Numbered from the stretch's first letter, positions 1 to 14,666 are shown. The stretch: DNA of 64,000 nt from Geosiphon pyriformis uo1 (GCA_016748015.1 JAAOMT010000072.1:73012-137011); one strand, 5' to 3'. Numbers and translations: made by a program. The notes: generated by a model not told the origin, from the letters alone.

Positions 1-690
1 AAAAAAAAAAAAAAAAAAAAAAAAGAAAAAGAAAAGAAAAGAAAAGAAAGAAAAAATAGATTAGTATTGTCAATCACCATAATCAAGAGTGATTAGTCCA
101 AATTGTTAATAGTTCAAGGCAGTTATGCTAAAAGCATCTGTCCTAGAATGAAAATATGAAACAAGGGTTAATTCACATAAATTCCACAAAGTTTGAAAAC
201 ATGAATTCATGATTCTGATTTCTTTAATAATTGGTTTATTTCAGAAAATAAAATAGGGAAGATAATAAATGATGAAGAAGTATGAATATTTGATTCTTGT
301 CTAGAGATTTGTATCTATCTGTCTGTTTTTCTAACTTTTACAATTATTTGCTTTTATATATTTTTTTGGTTTTACAGAATTGCTTTCAATTGTCTTGCTA
401 TCACTAGCTATTGCTTTGCTATTTCTGTTATTGCTTTGTTTTTCTACATTATCACTAGTTATCTTATGTTATAATATGTTATCTGACATTATTACATATT
501 ATTCTGTGTTATTCTGCATTATAACACATTATCTTATGTTATTGCACACTATTCTGTGTTATCCTGTATTATAACATGTTATTCTATGTTATAATGCGTT
601 ATCCAACATTATTGCGCACTATTCTGTATTATGTCATGTTTTGGTCACATTTCTTTATAACTTTGAATCAGTTTTTCTACTCAGGTAACA
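1..690 (-). repeat. LTR (partial) of a fourth LTR family (E), inserted into the dUTPase of element A'
   Basis: Minus strand starts TGTTACC at 690 and abruptly interrupts the dUTPase reading (..KSHLCT|). Flank ATGT at 691-694. Contains a 10-bp tandem array, and a TCTTGAT..ATACTAA motif plus T-rich tract resembling A-family LTRs. Confidence 0.7.
458..640. repeat. ~10-bp period tandem array (TTATNNNRYR) in U3 of LTR E
   Basis: Consecutive units ttattctgtg/ttatcctgta/ttataacatg/ttattctatg/ttataatgcg/ttatccaaca/ttattgcgca. Confidence 0.85.
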
Positions 691-3600
691 ATGTACACAA
701 GTGTGATTTCAATTTTATAACATCTTTTCCAAGATATCTCAGATTAAATACAGCATCTGTATCATGCACACATTCTGGCATAATATCTTTATTATTATTG
801 TTAAACCATTTCAGGATTTGCTCCTTAATGAGATTAGAGAGTGTGATGTATTGTTCAGAATTTAAATCTGAGTCTGAATTGTTGTTGTTGTTGTTGCCAA
901 TTTGCATAGAACTGAAACCGTTGTTTTCATTGTCATCATTGTCAGAGTTTGAATTGGAATTGAAAATTAATTTCAATTCTAATATACAGTTGCTGATTGG
1001 TTCTTCCTCTTTTGGGATTGTGTAGATTATGCATGGTGGTGGATTGTAAATAAGATTACATTCATTATAATATTAAAAGTCACATAAAATTAAACAGTGG
1101 TCACATAGTTGGATGTTTATTTCTTCCAAACATTGCTTTTGTTCTTCTCTGGTGAGTGCTAGCTTCTAGTAGTGCTCATGGAATTCTTTTAAGTCTGCTT
1201 TAATGTTTAAGAAAGCATCTGGGTTGGAAATCAAAACAATGTTAACAGATTCAAGTGGGTTATTTTTGATCTCTAAAATTTCACTGGGTGAAATGTCTTC
1301 AACTTTGGCATTTGCCATTTGCCAGATCTTATCCTCATTATGTGAATAACCATCCAAGTGAAAGATCACTCAGTGTCAGGCTGCCATTATGGGTGTTTCA
1401 CAACTGACCCAATCACTTATGAAAATCATGTATTGGCATGAAGTGTTACACATTCCTACTTGTCCAGGAATGTTGTTTTATATTCTTTTGTTCAGTAGTT
1501 GTTTACCACAAGTGAGACATGGTTTATTGTATCACTTGTCTGGTTTTTTAGGATAACTGTAATGTTTGTAGTAGCATAGTTTGCAGTAATAATGAGTTCA
1601 CATTCAATAATCTTTGTTTGGTGCGACCCAAGCTTCCATGGAAGACAGTTTTTTTTTGCAGTCTTTACACCTAAGAAAAATATAGAGTGGTTTTGGCTTG
1701 GTATCTGTGAAGTATAAACTTCTCCAACCACTAGTTTCTGTGTTGTCATTGGTCTCTTTAGGTATGTCTTCTTCTTTTTTTTTCCCTTTTCTTTTGTCTT
1801 TTTCTTTTCAGTTTAAAATTGGTAGTAGCTTATTGTGGTCATTATTAGTCCAAAAAATTTGATATGCTTCCCAGGTAGGTTTTTTTTCTTCATTGTTAAA
1901 CTCAATAAGAGGTGTTGATGATGTGGTGATAGGCTTAAAGTAGTCACATGTGGCTGGTACATGTGTGTGTCAACTATTCTGGCTAAATTGGAGCTCCTGT
2001 ATATTCCAATCAAGCATTACATTGGTTTTGGACAACCAGTTATTGCCAACAAGTGTTTGGTACTGAGTGACTTCCATGATTAATATCTTAATTGGTATGA
2101 TAATATCATTAACTTCTATGAAGAGGTCATCAATCTTGCCAATTGGAGTTTTGGTTGCTTCATTGGTTGTTATAATTTTGGTGGTGGCAGTACAATCAAC
2201 TCGGTGGCCTAATTAGTCCATGAGTTGTTATGTGATAATGCTGTCTACTGATCTGCTATCTAATATGAATTTGATGAAGTGACCATCAACTTTATCATCA
2301 GTGTACATGGTGGTGATTGGTTTTTTTTCGAGTGTGGCTCCACTAAACAAGGGCATGATAACAGTTCCTCAAGTTCGAATGGGAAGATTGCTGCTAGTGA
2401 TTTGTCATTGGTAATGATGGCTGGAGATATATTGTTAGTGAGTGGTTGTGTTTGATTGGTTTTTACATTATTGGATAAGGTGTCTTCTGGGGTAACCAGA
2501 AGACATAAATAGTTTTGAAAACTTGGGTTTTGGGTATACCTGGTTCCTGAACTTCACTGGCATGATCCTAACAGTTGGGCTGAGGAACTGGAGATTGGTT
2601 GATACATAACTATCACCAATTTCCAGTTTTGTTGCATACAGGTGATTCTCGGTCTTTGATTTCCAAGTGTCAGATAAGCTGAGTTTGATGACAGTGGTTA
2701 AATTACTGGAGTTTAATAAAATATCTGTGGCTGCAGTGGTTGATAAATTACAGGTGTTGTTGGTTGATAAATTGATAGTGGAGGCTAATATACTAGGGGT
2801 GAGTATAATTGCTGTGTCATTGGGGTTTGATAAATTGGCTGTGTCACTTGGGCATAATGTAGTTGAAGTTGGTATTGTTCTAATTACTAACATTATTCTG
2901 AATTTGAATTCAGCAATTGGAATTTTGATACTGATAGTCTGATCATTGTTTACTTAACCATTTATAACATTTAAATTGCAAATGTTCTTGTTTATCACAA
3001 TAGTAATATGCACGCATTTCTTGCTGCCACTGTTGATTAGTCAAGGATAATGCTGGGCATAACTGATTTTGGAAGAGATTTCTGTTTCTCTGATTGTTGC
3101 ATCATTGTAAAGATTAATAAATAGCTTAATTGTTGTTAGCTAAGTATCTTTTTAATTTCTGATTAATTGAGTTGCTGAATTGTTTCAACTTGGAATCCAA
3201 GTTAGATAATCTGTTTATTATTAGATTTACAGTTTGGACATGGTTAGCTTTGAATTCAGCTGTTTTAAAATCTTTGGTATTTGTAATGGTGGCTTGAAAG
3301 TCTGCTGAATACTACTGCACAGGCCTCTAATGAACTGGTTTAAGATTTATAGTGCTGTAAAATAATCAATCTGTATTGCCTAAATTTGGTGCAGATTTTT
3401 GTGGAAGCATTTCAAATAAGTAGTGACTGTTTCAATTTCTTCTTGTTTAATAGTAATGAATGTATTAGCCAAACAATTAATACTGTTGTTATTGCTAAAA
3501 TATCTTAGAAATTCTAGTTTGAATACATCAAAAGTTTGGAGTTTCTGGGCCAAACTCTGATACTAAGAGTCGACAGTATTCTAAAAAAAATATGAAATGG

Positions 3601-4711
3601 CTTAGAGAGCTCTTGTGTTATTTTATCTATTGGCCATAATGACTTTTTCAATATTATTAAGTCATATTTGGACATTGTTCTCTTTGCCTGTAAACTTTTT
3701 AAGTTTTGCTATTGGGGCATAGACCATGGAATCCAAGTTTAGTTGTTGTTGTTGTTGTTGTTGGGGTGGTAACTGAATTTGAGGTTGTAGTGGTGGCTGT
3801 TGTTGTGTGGCAACTGGTGGTGGGTTGATAACAATTACTGGAGGTAAGTATTGTTGATTATTAATGTTGGGATTTGGATTGTTCTGATTTTGCTAGTTAT
3901 TAGGATTGGAATTGTTCTGATTTTTCAGAGTTTGAATATTTGGGATTTTAACTTCCAGGTTTTCTACAATCAAATTCTGGTAATTAAATTTTTGATTGTT
4001 ATTTTTCTCTTCTTCTGATTTGGTTATTTCTTAAAGACTCATGGTTCTGAAATCTGGTTGAGGTGGCAATGATCAAAATCCTGATAGTATTGGGGATCAT
4101 GATTTAAATCTTTCAAAGTAATTGCCATATGTTCCCAATAATTCTGCTTTCTTTTGTTTACTTTAAAATGGGAGTCATTCAAATGTTGATGTTGTGTTTA
4201 ATATGGACATGCCTGCTAATGCAATATTAATAGTACTTCTAAGTGTGTAATGATATGATAAATATAGTGAAGATTCAATTTTTTGTTTTTTCTATGTTGG
4301 TAATTGTATTCTTTTTGGAGTTGCTATTGGTGTTTGTAACTTTTCTTTATCTTTATCTGCATAGATAATAGAGAATTGTTGTTGAGTGTATCTTTCAATT
4401 TTTTGATTAATTTTTCTGATGATTGGTGCAAAACTGTGATTTTATAATAAGCTGGTATGTTGGATTAATTCTGTATAGAAATTTTCTCTTGCTAATTCGA
4501 TGTCAACTGGTCTTCTCAAAAAATCTGTGATTTTTTCATTAATGTAAAAGTTGAAGGCTGATTTCACTGGATAATAGTTGTTGATTAAGTTCAATTGTTG
4601 GCTGTACTGTTAAAATAAGAATTTAGTGAATTCTAAATGGTTTGTCCCTATTATTTTTGATTCTGTCACTTTGGATGATTGCTGTTTGTGTTGGTTCTCT
4701 GTAGAATTATA

Positions 4712-4728
4712 CTTTACAAAGAGCACCA
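4712..4728 (-). promoter_or_regulatory. Primer-binding site of A'
   Basis: TGGTGCTCTTTGTAAAG 2 nt downstream of the LTR end. Confidence 0.85.
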
Positions 4729-4730
4729 AA

Positions 4731-5590
4731 TGTTACAGGTGATTATTTAGGGTCTTAAAGCAAATAACAAACCCATAATTTGGTGCTTAATTGATGATAT
4801 TGGTAATATCTGTAGGTTGTTTGTATCTGAAGATTTTGGTGGAGTTTTTTGTATAATGAACAGAAATTCAATAGTTGTTTTCAGTAGCCTCCCAGAATTG
4901 CAATTCCATCAAATTTTTTTCTCAGCATAGTGGCCAGTAATCTGACAGAAATGCCCTTCTAGTAAGCTATTCTTAAATTATCAAACTTTATATCCTTTCT
5001 TTGGGGTCTTTTATCAGGCTATTTTTGACATTAATAACTCAGTGTTTTTTTAATTCTTAATCAATTAGTAAAATAAAAGAAATAACAAAAGAAAATAAAA
5101 GAAAATAAAAGAAAAATAAAGAAATAAGTCAAAACAATAAATATTAATATCCCATTAATAGCCGTGATCAAGAGCTATTGTTTTAGTGTGGTTAAGTATC
5201 AATTACTATTAACATGAAGTGTTGATAATAAAGAGTAAATTAAGATAGTGAATAATTATTTATTGAAATTTGTGGTGTAGAAAAGTTGCTTAAATCAAAT
5301 CTAAACTGAGAGGTCTTGGTCCTGATTCTATTTCTAATGCTACTGCTATATATACATAATTGAGATTCCTCAATTCCTCAATTTTTCACACCAGAAATCC
5401 TGAAATTTCTGCAATCCTGCAATTTTTTTGAGAGAAATTTTGGAATCCTGCAATTTCTTATATGAGAATTCTGAAATTTTTGAAATCCTGCAATTTCTTT
5501 GAGAGGAATCCAGAAATTTCACATTTACTATGTCTATTTCTGATTGGCTAATTTATATACTAATATACTTCCTATATTCTATAAATAATA
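4731..5590 (-). repeat. 5' LTR of A'
   Basis: Reverse complement aligns with 19070-19914. Ends TGTAACA next to the PBS. 9-bp GAATTCCAG-like repeats at 5390-5520. Confidence 0.9.
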
Positions 5591-6290
5591 ACAAATAGCA
5601 AAAGAGAACAAAATTGTAGGATAATGGAAATAATTAAGGAAAAAATTACAATAAAAGAACAAATTAATTGAATAAGGATTCAATATGTGTGATCAGTCTC
5701 ATAAAAATCACAGTTGCAAATCTTTTTTGAAAATCTGAAAGTAGAGAAATAGTCCATGATTGTTAACAAAATAACATCACTGATATTATTTTATGCCTCA
5801 ACTTGGCAATTTTTAGAATCAATAATAGGTATTAATGTGCTTTTTAATTGTTTTTTTATTCAATAAATTACAAGAGCAAGCAATCACTTCTTAGACTAAT
5901 TTTAACAATACAAATCAAAAAAAGAAAAAAATAAGGCATGTGAATGTTAACAAATAATCTTTTATTTTAAAATGTGAAGATAAGAAAAAATAATTAAGCA
6001 ATATAAGAAAGTAATTAATAATGAATTTTATTTTATTACTTTGATCATGTTTTTTTACAGCTAAAAGACTTATCACTTATATAACTATTGAAAGTAGTCA
6101 ATGATTAAGTTAATGATTAAGTCATTAATTAAGTCAATAATCAGATTAATGATCAGATCAATATTCAAATTAATGATCAGGTTATTAATCAGGTTAATAA
6201 TTACTATCTAAAAATAGAGTGGCTAATTATATGACATTAGTAGCTAATACATGTGATAACTAATAAAAAATATGTGTTTCAATCATAACA
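5591..6290 (-). repeat. B-family LTR remnant (solo or 5' LTR) interrupted by A'
   Basis: Aligns with 7686-8394. Nine 12-bp repeats at 6097-6204. Terminus ..CATAACA at 6290, flank ATAT. Confidence 0.85.
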
Positions 6291-6294
6291 ATAT

Positions 6295-7660
6295 TTTGAC
6301 AACAATAAACAAAGAATTAGACCAAAAAAAGCCCACAAAATTAATACAAAATATAATTTACAATATTTAGACAAAGATATTTTGGTTCTTTACCAAAATT
6401 TCTAACAAAAATTAATATTAAAATACTTTTAAAATTTTACTAAAAACAATGATTCAAATTGTTTTATGATTATTTTTAACAAACAAAAGAATCAATATTA
6501 AAGGAAAAATATTAATACAAATATACTGAAAATATTACCATTATATTACAAAATAAAACCAAAAAGTTTTTTAAGATTAAACATACTAAAAAAATTGTCC
6601 AAGCTATTTATTTACTCCTAATCAATATTTCGAAGTTACAATTAATAAACAATAAAAAACTCAAAGTTTTGGTTCAACTAGACAATTTACAGTTTCAGTA
6701 AACATAAAAAAATTTTACCAGATTTTTTAACTTTCTTAACCAATTACTATTTTATCTTTTGGAGAATATCAAAAAAATTTGCAAAAAACACAATATTTCA
6801 ATTTTTAATATTTATTTTCTTAAAAAAAAATATATATTTCTATTATATTTTACAACTCCAATAGTTATCTTATTATTTTATTAAATAAATTAGAAATTGA
6901 AATAATATATAGCAATATCTTTTAAAAAAAAACTTCTTAAATTGTTTTAAATTTTATTAAAATTATAAAACACACACTTTTTTTTTTAATAAAAATACTT
7001 TTCTGATCATAGAAAACTACTATTTTATTGAAAAAAAATTAGCAAAAATTAACATGGATTCTTTAAAGTCTTAACAGCAAAAACAACTTAAACAGCTTAT
7101 TGCTAAATATGCTAATATATTTGCAAAAAATAACAATAATTTAAAAAAAACTAATATTATTTAATATCAAATTTATACTAGAAATGTTCTACTAAAACAC
7201 TAATAAACTTACTAAGTTTTATCTGTTAATTACTAATTCATTAGAAAAAAAGTTTAATAAATGCTCAATAATAATTTAATCCAATTATTAAAAAGCTTTT
7301 AAGTTTTACCAATTGTTCTAATTAAAAAAAAATAGAAAAATCAAATTTTTGTGTTAATTATTATTAATTTAACAGTATTATAGTTGGAAATATCTATACT
7401 TTATTTAAAATCAACAATATGCTAAATGCTTTTGGTAAAACCAAGTACTTTTCAACTTTAAATTTAGAAAGTAGATATTAACAAGTAGAAATAAATTCCA
7501 AAAATTGCTTGAAAATAGTCTTTACAATTTATAAAAAAAACTACAAATTCAACATAATATTTTTTAGACTCTGTAATATTTTAACAACATTCTAGCAATT
7601 CATAAATGTTGTTTATAAAAAACTATTATAGCAATCAGTAATTGTTTACTTTAATAATAC
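6295..7660 (+). pseudogene. Old C-family pol remnant G (dUTPase + RT N-half)
   Basis: Decayed homolog of 54360-55770. Ends at the RT 'VY(L)DDT' motif, where B' inserted. Confidence 0.8.
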
Positions 7661-8394
7661 TGTTACAAGTTGGAGTAACAAGCTAATGAATAGCAAAAGA
7701 GAACAAAATTATAGGATAATGAAAGGAATCAAAGGAAATTCAACTTCAAAGAGTAAATTGAATAAATATGGCTTTAATATGTAAGATTAACCTCATAAAA
7801 TATTTCAGTTATTATACTTTTCAAAAGATAACCAGAAAATTTGAAGATAGAAAGATAGTTCATATTGTCAACAAATAATTACACACTGATATAATTCTAT
7901 GCCTCACATCAACACTTTTAGAATTCAATATCAGGTATCAGATGTACTCTTCAGTCATGTTTTATTCAATAATCTTCAAATGCTACAATTACAAGTTTTA
8001 GGAAAAAGATAAAAAATAATCAACAAGTAATCTTTTATTTCAAGATGTTCAGATACTTGAAGGTAGGGAAAGAGAAATTAGCAATAAAAGAAGAATTAAT
8101 ATAAAAGTTGTTATTTTATTTATTTAATTTTCTTGATTTTTAACATGCTTTGTATTTTTGACATGTTTTTCTATAGCTAAGAGATTCATTGTTTATATAG
8201 CTATTAAAAGTGGTCAATAATCATGTTAACGACTAAGTTAATAATTAGATTAATAATCAGATTAATAATCAGATTAATGATCAGATCAATGATCAGATTA
8301 ATGATTATTATCTAAAAATAAGGTGGCTAATTATGTAACATCAGTGGCTAATACATGTAATAATTAATAAAAAGTGTGAGTTTCAACTGTAACA
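7661..8394 (-). repeat. 3' LTR of B' (734 bp)
   Basis: TGTTA..TAACA termini. Preceded on the minus strand by a purine tract. Eight 12-bp repeats. Confidence 0.95.
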
Positions 8395-9019
8395 TCATTC
8401 TTTTCAAAGAGATTAAGTTTCAGCAAAATTAAGCTATTTATGGAATAATCTAATTGAAGAGTTTTGTTTAATTCAAAACTAACTAGTTTATTGAAGTTTT
8501 TGGTAAATAAGGTATATAATAATTGAGGCAAAATGAGTTTTGTATTCAAGAAACCAAATATTTGTATTAGAGTTTTAGCTCTTTTAGCAATAGTTAAAAC
8601 TCTTGGAACATTTAACCATATAATGCCCAAAATTTCTGTCTGTATCTCTAAAGTTGTTTTTTTTATGAGTTTCATATCTTCTATAATTTTATCAAGGCAA
8701 CCATAGAGTTCTAATTGTCTTCCATATGACAATTTTTTGTCTATATGCAAGATTTTTTGGATTGTTTTTCCAATTGTGTTAGAAGGTAGGAGTATAACTG
8801 CTGTTATACTTTCTTACAGATATTTATTCATTTTGCTACCAATTCTTTCTCTTCTGGTAGTGGTTTCTTTGATTTAATAACAATATATGTTCTACTGTTA
8901 TTAGTTATAGTGGTCTGTTTTCCAATGGTCAGAGTAGTATTTGGATAGTTTTTGATTCAATACTCATGGAGAGTATAGAAGGCATTTTGAATATTTTAAT
9001 CCAGAAAATAATTGTTTAT
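8364..9019 (-). pseudogene. ORF3 of B' (unknown function)
   Basis: ORF 8364-8750 is homologous to 28081-28548. Confidence 0.8.
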
Positions 9020-9060
9020 GTCAATTAAAGATACTTCTGTTTTGGAAATAGTGCATTTAT

Positions 9061-10374
9061 TTATACTTGATTTTTGCTAATCATTTGAGTCAGCATTACC
9101 ACAACAGGCAACCAATCAGATCGTTTATAATATTTCTTGAGTTGTGTATCATAAACAGGACACTAATTGAAGATTGTTCCAGATTAATCTTAAAGAATAT
9201 AAGAACTATTGTTCAAAACTCTGTTAACTATAAAGAGTCTTTTCCATTGCCTAAAGAATTTATCTCCATAGACATTATTTCTGTCTGAACAGTATTCCAA
9301 TACCAAGTCACTAACACTTAAAGAAAGTGTTTTATAGGTTTTTTTTTTCTTAAGCTTTTCTTAAAACTGTTTTATTTTTTCAAAAGCAATTATTCATGCT
9401 TCTATCAAGGAGTCAAGAATAGTACCAAGTCTTTTTTGCAAAATGTTTTTGTAATTCTCTATTGTGATTTTTTCAAAGAATATTGTTTCAATATCAGTTT
9501 CTATTGGTAGTATTGCTATGCATTCATAGAGCAGATAAAAAAGTTTATAATTTGTTATATTATGATTTACAGTTCTATAAGCAAACAAAACTGAAAGCAA
9601 TATTTTGTTTTATAAGTTTGTTTTTTCACTGGTTTTGGCTAAAGTTTCACATAATGTTCTATTAAAATGTTCCACTAAGCCATTTGTTTGAGAGTGATAA
9701 AAGGAGAAAAGTTTATAACATATTCTCATTTTTCTGCAAAGTTCTTCAACCAGTGTACTGAGAAAAGCTTTTTTTTTATCAGATAAAAGTTTTTTGGGGC
9801 AGCCATAATAGCAAATGATATCTTCATAAATGAAATTGGCTATTGAAACTGCTGTTTGGTCTGGAGTGGCTCTTGTTTCTACTCACTTTGTAAGATAGTC
9901 AGTAGCTATGATAATATATTTGTTGCCATCAGGAGTTATTGTTAAAGATCTAACAACATCTATACCAATTCTGTCAAATGGTTGACCAATAGAAATTGGA
10001 TAAATATTTTCCTTGTAATTGGGTTTTCTTTTTCTTTGGCAGGTATTATAAATTTTAATGTATTTAGCAATGTCTTTCCCCAAGATAGGCCAATAATAGT
10101 GAGCTAAAGTTTTCTGGATTGTTTTTGTTTTTCCAAAGTGTCCAGCTAATGGATCAGTATGCATGTTGTAGATCACAATTTCTCTTTCTTCAAATCTTAT
10201 GACTTTTTAAAGATGGTTAGGATTTTTTCTGTTTCTTTTATATAACTGGTTCTGATGAATCAAATAAAAATTTGATTGTTTATGCAAATGTTTTTTTTGC
10301 TGTTGAATATAGTTCTGTGGATATTGTCTTTTACCCAAAAATTGCATTAAAGCAGAATAGTTATTTAAGTCTAT
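9061..10374 (-). pseudogene. Integrase of B'
   Basis: HTDPLAGHF zinc-finger half and FDRIGIDVV core. Many stops. Confidence 0.9.
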
Positions 10375-10437
10375 TATTGTGTTTGTTTATAAGAGTATTA
10401 CTAATAATTAAGTTAGTTTGGTTGAGAGATTGTACTA

Positions 10438-13400
10438 TCACTGAATGGCAAGTCTAGAGAGAGCATTAATGTTTTGATGATTAGCTCTTTTGTGGTGTTG
10501 AATGTTATAGTCAAATTCATTCAAATAGAATATTCAGCAAGTTATCCATTTATGTTCCAGCTTCTTTTTGTTACACAGCTAAACCAAGACTTGATGGTTT
10601 GTTACTACTAGAAATTTCACACCAAGAAAATATTGATCCCAGTAACTAGTAGCCCAGATTACTGCTAAGCATTTTTGTTCAGTAACTGAATAGTTTTTTT
10701 TTGCTGATATAAGAGTTCTATTGGCATATGCTATAACATGTTCTTTGCTATCTTTATTTTTTTGTAAAAGGACAGCACCAAGTCTATAGCCAGATGTATT
10801 AGTGTGAAGAATAAAAGGTTGGTCTAGATCAGATTGTTTAAGGATTGATTCAGTAACAAGTTTTTCTTTCAGAGTTTCAAAAGCTTTTTGTTGATGAGTG
10901 CCTCAGTAATAGTTGACATTTTTTCTGAGTAGCTGATTGAGAGGAAAGACAATTTTAGAGAAATTTTTAATAAATTTGTGATAGTAGGAAGCCAAACCAA
11001 GAAAAAAATATAGTTTAGGAACATTCATTGGTTGTCTAATGTTTTAAACTTTTTCAACTTTAGCTGGATCAGAAAAGATTCCATTTTTTGTAATAAGATG
11101 ACCAAGTAACTGGGTAGATTGACATTTAAAGAAAGATTTAATTAGATTGATTTTAAGACCAGCATTCCTAAGAAGATTAAAAATCTTTTGCAAATGTTCA
11201 AGGTGTTCATTTCAGGTTTTTGAGTATACTATTATGTTGTCTAAGTAGACCAGAACAAAGTTTTCTTTTACTGATTTAAACACTTTGTCTATTAGATATT
11301 GAAAGATGGAAAGAGCATTGATAAGACCAAAAAGCATAATTGTGAATTCGTAGGTGCCATATTTGGTAATGAAAGCAGTTTTTTTTCTACTTTCTGAATC
11401 AATTTCTACTTGCCAAAATTCAACAGTTAAGTTAATGATTGAGAAGAAAGCAGTGTCATTGAATTTGTTTAACATTGCATTAATTTTGGAAAATATGTAT
11501 ATGTCTCTTATAGTAATAACATTTAATTGGCAGTAGTTGACACAAAAGCATAAAATTCCACCTTTTTTGGATATTACTACAACTGGAAAAGCCCATTTAC
11601 TCTTGATTTTTTGTATAAATCCAAGATTTTTTATTCGAGTTATTTCTTTTTTGATAAATTTATTATTACACTTATTGGATTGATAAGGCTTCAAATAGAT
11701 GGGGCAAGTTTCTTTGATGGTGATAGTGTGTTGTATTACATAGGTTTGTCCAGGGGTGTTACCTTCTTTTAAGATAACTAGACTATTTCTAGCCAACAGA
11801 TTTTCAATGTTTATTTTTTTTTCTTTAGGAGAGAGTTCTCTTTGTTTTATTACAAATGATTAGATTTCAGGTGGTTCATTCTTAAAGAACTTCTGTACTT
11901 TTTTTATTTCTTCTCTGGATATTAAACTAATTGGCTCCTAATCTTTGTAATAGATCAAACAAAACTTGCATTTATTACTAGGAGAATACAAAAGTTTATT
12001 GTACTAGCATCTGGCACAAAAACCATGCCACCAATAGCTATATTTGGCTTTCTTATTAGGTTTTCTATTAAAGGTTTCTCTAAGGATATTATAATAAGGC
12101 CAGCAGATCAGCTTGCTATTTACCATGATTCCTTTTTTGTCAGCTTTAATATTGTTCAGTGGCTTGCTATTGCTGGTAAAAATAGTATAGACAAGTTCAG
12201 CAATTTTTTTTGTTCTTCCTAATCTTCTTTTTCATCACTTTCATTATTATTTGATTCATCTAATTGTTTTTTTCCTTGGTTCTGCTTGGTTATTGGAAGA
12301 GTTGTCTAATAATAATACTTAACCACAATGGGTTTTTTACCACATTTGATGGTTAGCTTACAAAGTTCATAGTCAAATAGTGCTTTGGCTTTCTTGAGCC
12401 ACTCATTGCCAACAATTATGGTGTACTCTTTTGCTTTGAATACTTTCATGTTGGTCTTAATGCTAATGCTATTGATATAGACAGGAACAGCTTTGGCTAT
12501 ACCAAGCTCTTTTTTTTTGTCACTATGTACATTGGTCATTGGTTTAGTTAAGAGTTTATCAATCTTTCTGCCAATTGTTTCAAGAAAATGTTTGGCAATA
12601 ACATTGACAGATGATCTACTGTCTAAGATTAAATCAATAAAGTAGCCAGTTACTTGGGCTTTGCAAATCAGAGGAGTAACATTGCTGTTGTTAGCAAGTC
12701 TAGCTTGGTGAGAGTGCTTATTGGTTTTTGGTGTTTTTTTCTTTGGAATTAAGGATTTGCAAAGATCTTTTCTGAATTGTGAATGAGTTATTAGCTGGTC
12801 AAAGATAATGTAAGCTGGGATTTCTATGAAATCTTTGACAACAGAATAAGAACCAGATTTTTGTACTATTTTTGGGGATTCTAATTTTAGAGAATTCTTA
12901 AAAACTTTAGCCTTTGGTGGTTTATTGTTTTTAGCAGTTAATGTAGATGCTTTATTTGGATTCAGAATGAAATCAACCTTGGCTTTTTTTTTCTTTTTTG
13001 TTGATTCAGAAGGGTTAATTGCTAGTTCATCTATGTCATAGTCATTATTAGTTAAGTTAAAAGTGAAAAAGAGGTTTTCTTCTGGTTGGCTTGCACTCTC
13101 ACCCTTTGGAGATGTGCCTATCAGTTTAAAGGCTAATAAACAGTGGCTTCAATTAAAAAATCTTCTCTAAAGAAATTAATATTGACATGATTGGGTCTTT
13201 GATTAGGGACATTGTTATTAATGTTTTTATTGTTTTGATTGTTATTGTTTCTGAGAGCTGAAAAAGACAAAAGAGAATTGTTGCAATCTCTAGAGAAATA
13301 TTCAGTTAATCCACAGCAATAATACACAGATGGGCTACAATTTTGTTGCTTTTAATAAAGGGGTTGCTGAAATTAATTAAAATAGGGTTTATATCTGGGT

Positions 13401-14666
13401 TTTTGGAGTTGTTGATTCTCTCTGACTGCTTGGGTTAAAAGTTCTAATAGCTGGACAAGATTGGCTGTAAGTCTATCTATCAATTGTTCATTGGGATCTG
13501 GAGTTTGGACAGCAAAAGAAGTAGCAGTTATTTGAAAAGCAGAAGTCATAACAGGAGCAAAAAACTAATAATGTGAATCCCGAATAGATCCTTTGGTTGT
13601 TTTCAATTTGTTGGGTTAGTTCAATGGCCATATTTATTGTGAAATTGTTTTTTAGAGCCAGAAGAGACCAAAAAGCTTATGAAAGATCAGTTTTCAATCT
13701 TTTTGTGAAAAAGTAAATTTTCTGCTCTTCTGTCCAGTTTTTTCTAGAGTCTACTTGTTTGATTAATTTTTTGATTGCTTTGATGTATTCAGTTACAACT
13801 TTATCAGAATTTTGAGTTTTTCTTTCTAATTCTATGTGTCATTTGAATATCAAGATAAAAGTTCTAAATTTCATTTCAAACTGAATAATAAAAGAGATGT
13901 TGTTTTCTCTAGTATTTGCTAGTATTCATCTAATAATTTTTTGCTGAGCATTGGCATTGGTTTTTTGTGAGAACCAAGTAGCAAAAGAATCTTGAAGATA
14001 GCCACCAACAATTTGGAACTTATATTCATTATCATATTGGTTGGCTGTAATAGTTCTTTTAAAGTCATTTAACCATTCAATTGGATCTTATATATTACCT
14101 CTAAATAATAATAATGGTGTATTGTTTCTTTGTCCTAAAGCAGTTTGTATGTCTTAGAGGGTGATCAAAATGTTTTGTTGCATAGAGTCATTAGTTATTG
14201 GTTTAAAAATAGCTGTTTGTGTGAAATGTTCTAATTCATTTGAAAGAAGATTAAAAACAGAAGTGGTTTAATAGCTTTCTTCTTCTGTTTCAAAGGATGT
14301 TTTAGCTAGCTGATAGACAGCAATCCAAATGTAAATTTGGTAATTTAGATATTCAGAATCAGAGGGCTGTTGTTTAAATGTTGTGAAATATAAAAGTTGA
14401 TTAATGCTGTTGTTTTTTTCTTCAAAGTTGTCTTTAAAATAAGCTTGGTCAAAGTAATAAGTTGTATAAGCTGTGTAAATTTTAGCTGAATGCTCAATCA
14501 GAAACCAGTTTCAAAAGTCTTGGAATTGTCTACTGAATTGTTTTTTAATGAAGAAGCAAATTAAGCAAAAGGGCAAAGAATTGAGTTCAATAAAGTCTAG
14601 ATCGTTTTTGTTGTGTGCTTCAAAGATTTCTTTTGATTGTTGTGACAAGTATAAATAATTACCCAT
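10438..14666 (-). pseudogene. gag and pro-RT-RNase H of B'
   Basis: RT motifs WAFPVVV, KTAF, VYLDNI. RNase H ends ALSRLAIQ*. Gag zinc knuckle near 13300. Confidence 0.9.

Larger units (their letters stand above)
691..5590 (-). mobile_element. A-family Ty3/Gypsy-like element A' (5' half: LTR, gag, protease, Cys-rich domain, start of dUTPase), decayed
   Basis: Colinear with element A. Zinc knuckle near 3000, protease (F)ILDSxS near 2260, 'MPECVHDTDAVFNLRY' dUTPase motif 1 at 730-780. Many stops. Confidence 0.9.

Noticed and set aside
1-57. Poly-A/GAAAA run as a LINE tail or telomere
   Set aside because: Corresponds in position to the T-rich tract inside A-like LTRs on the minus strand.
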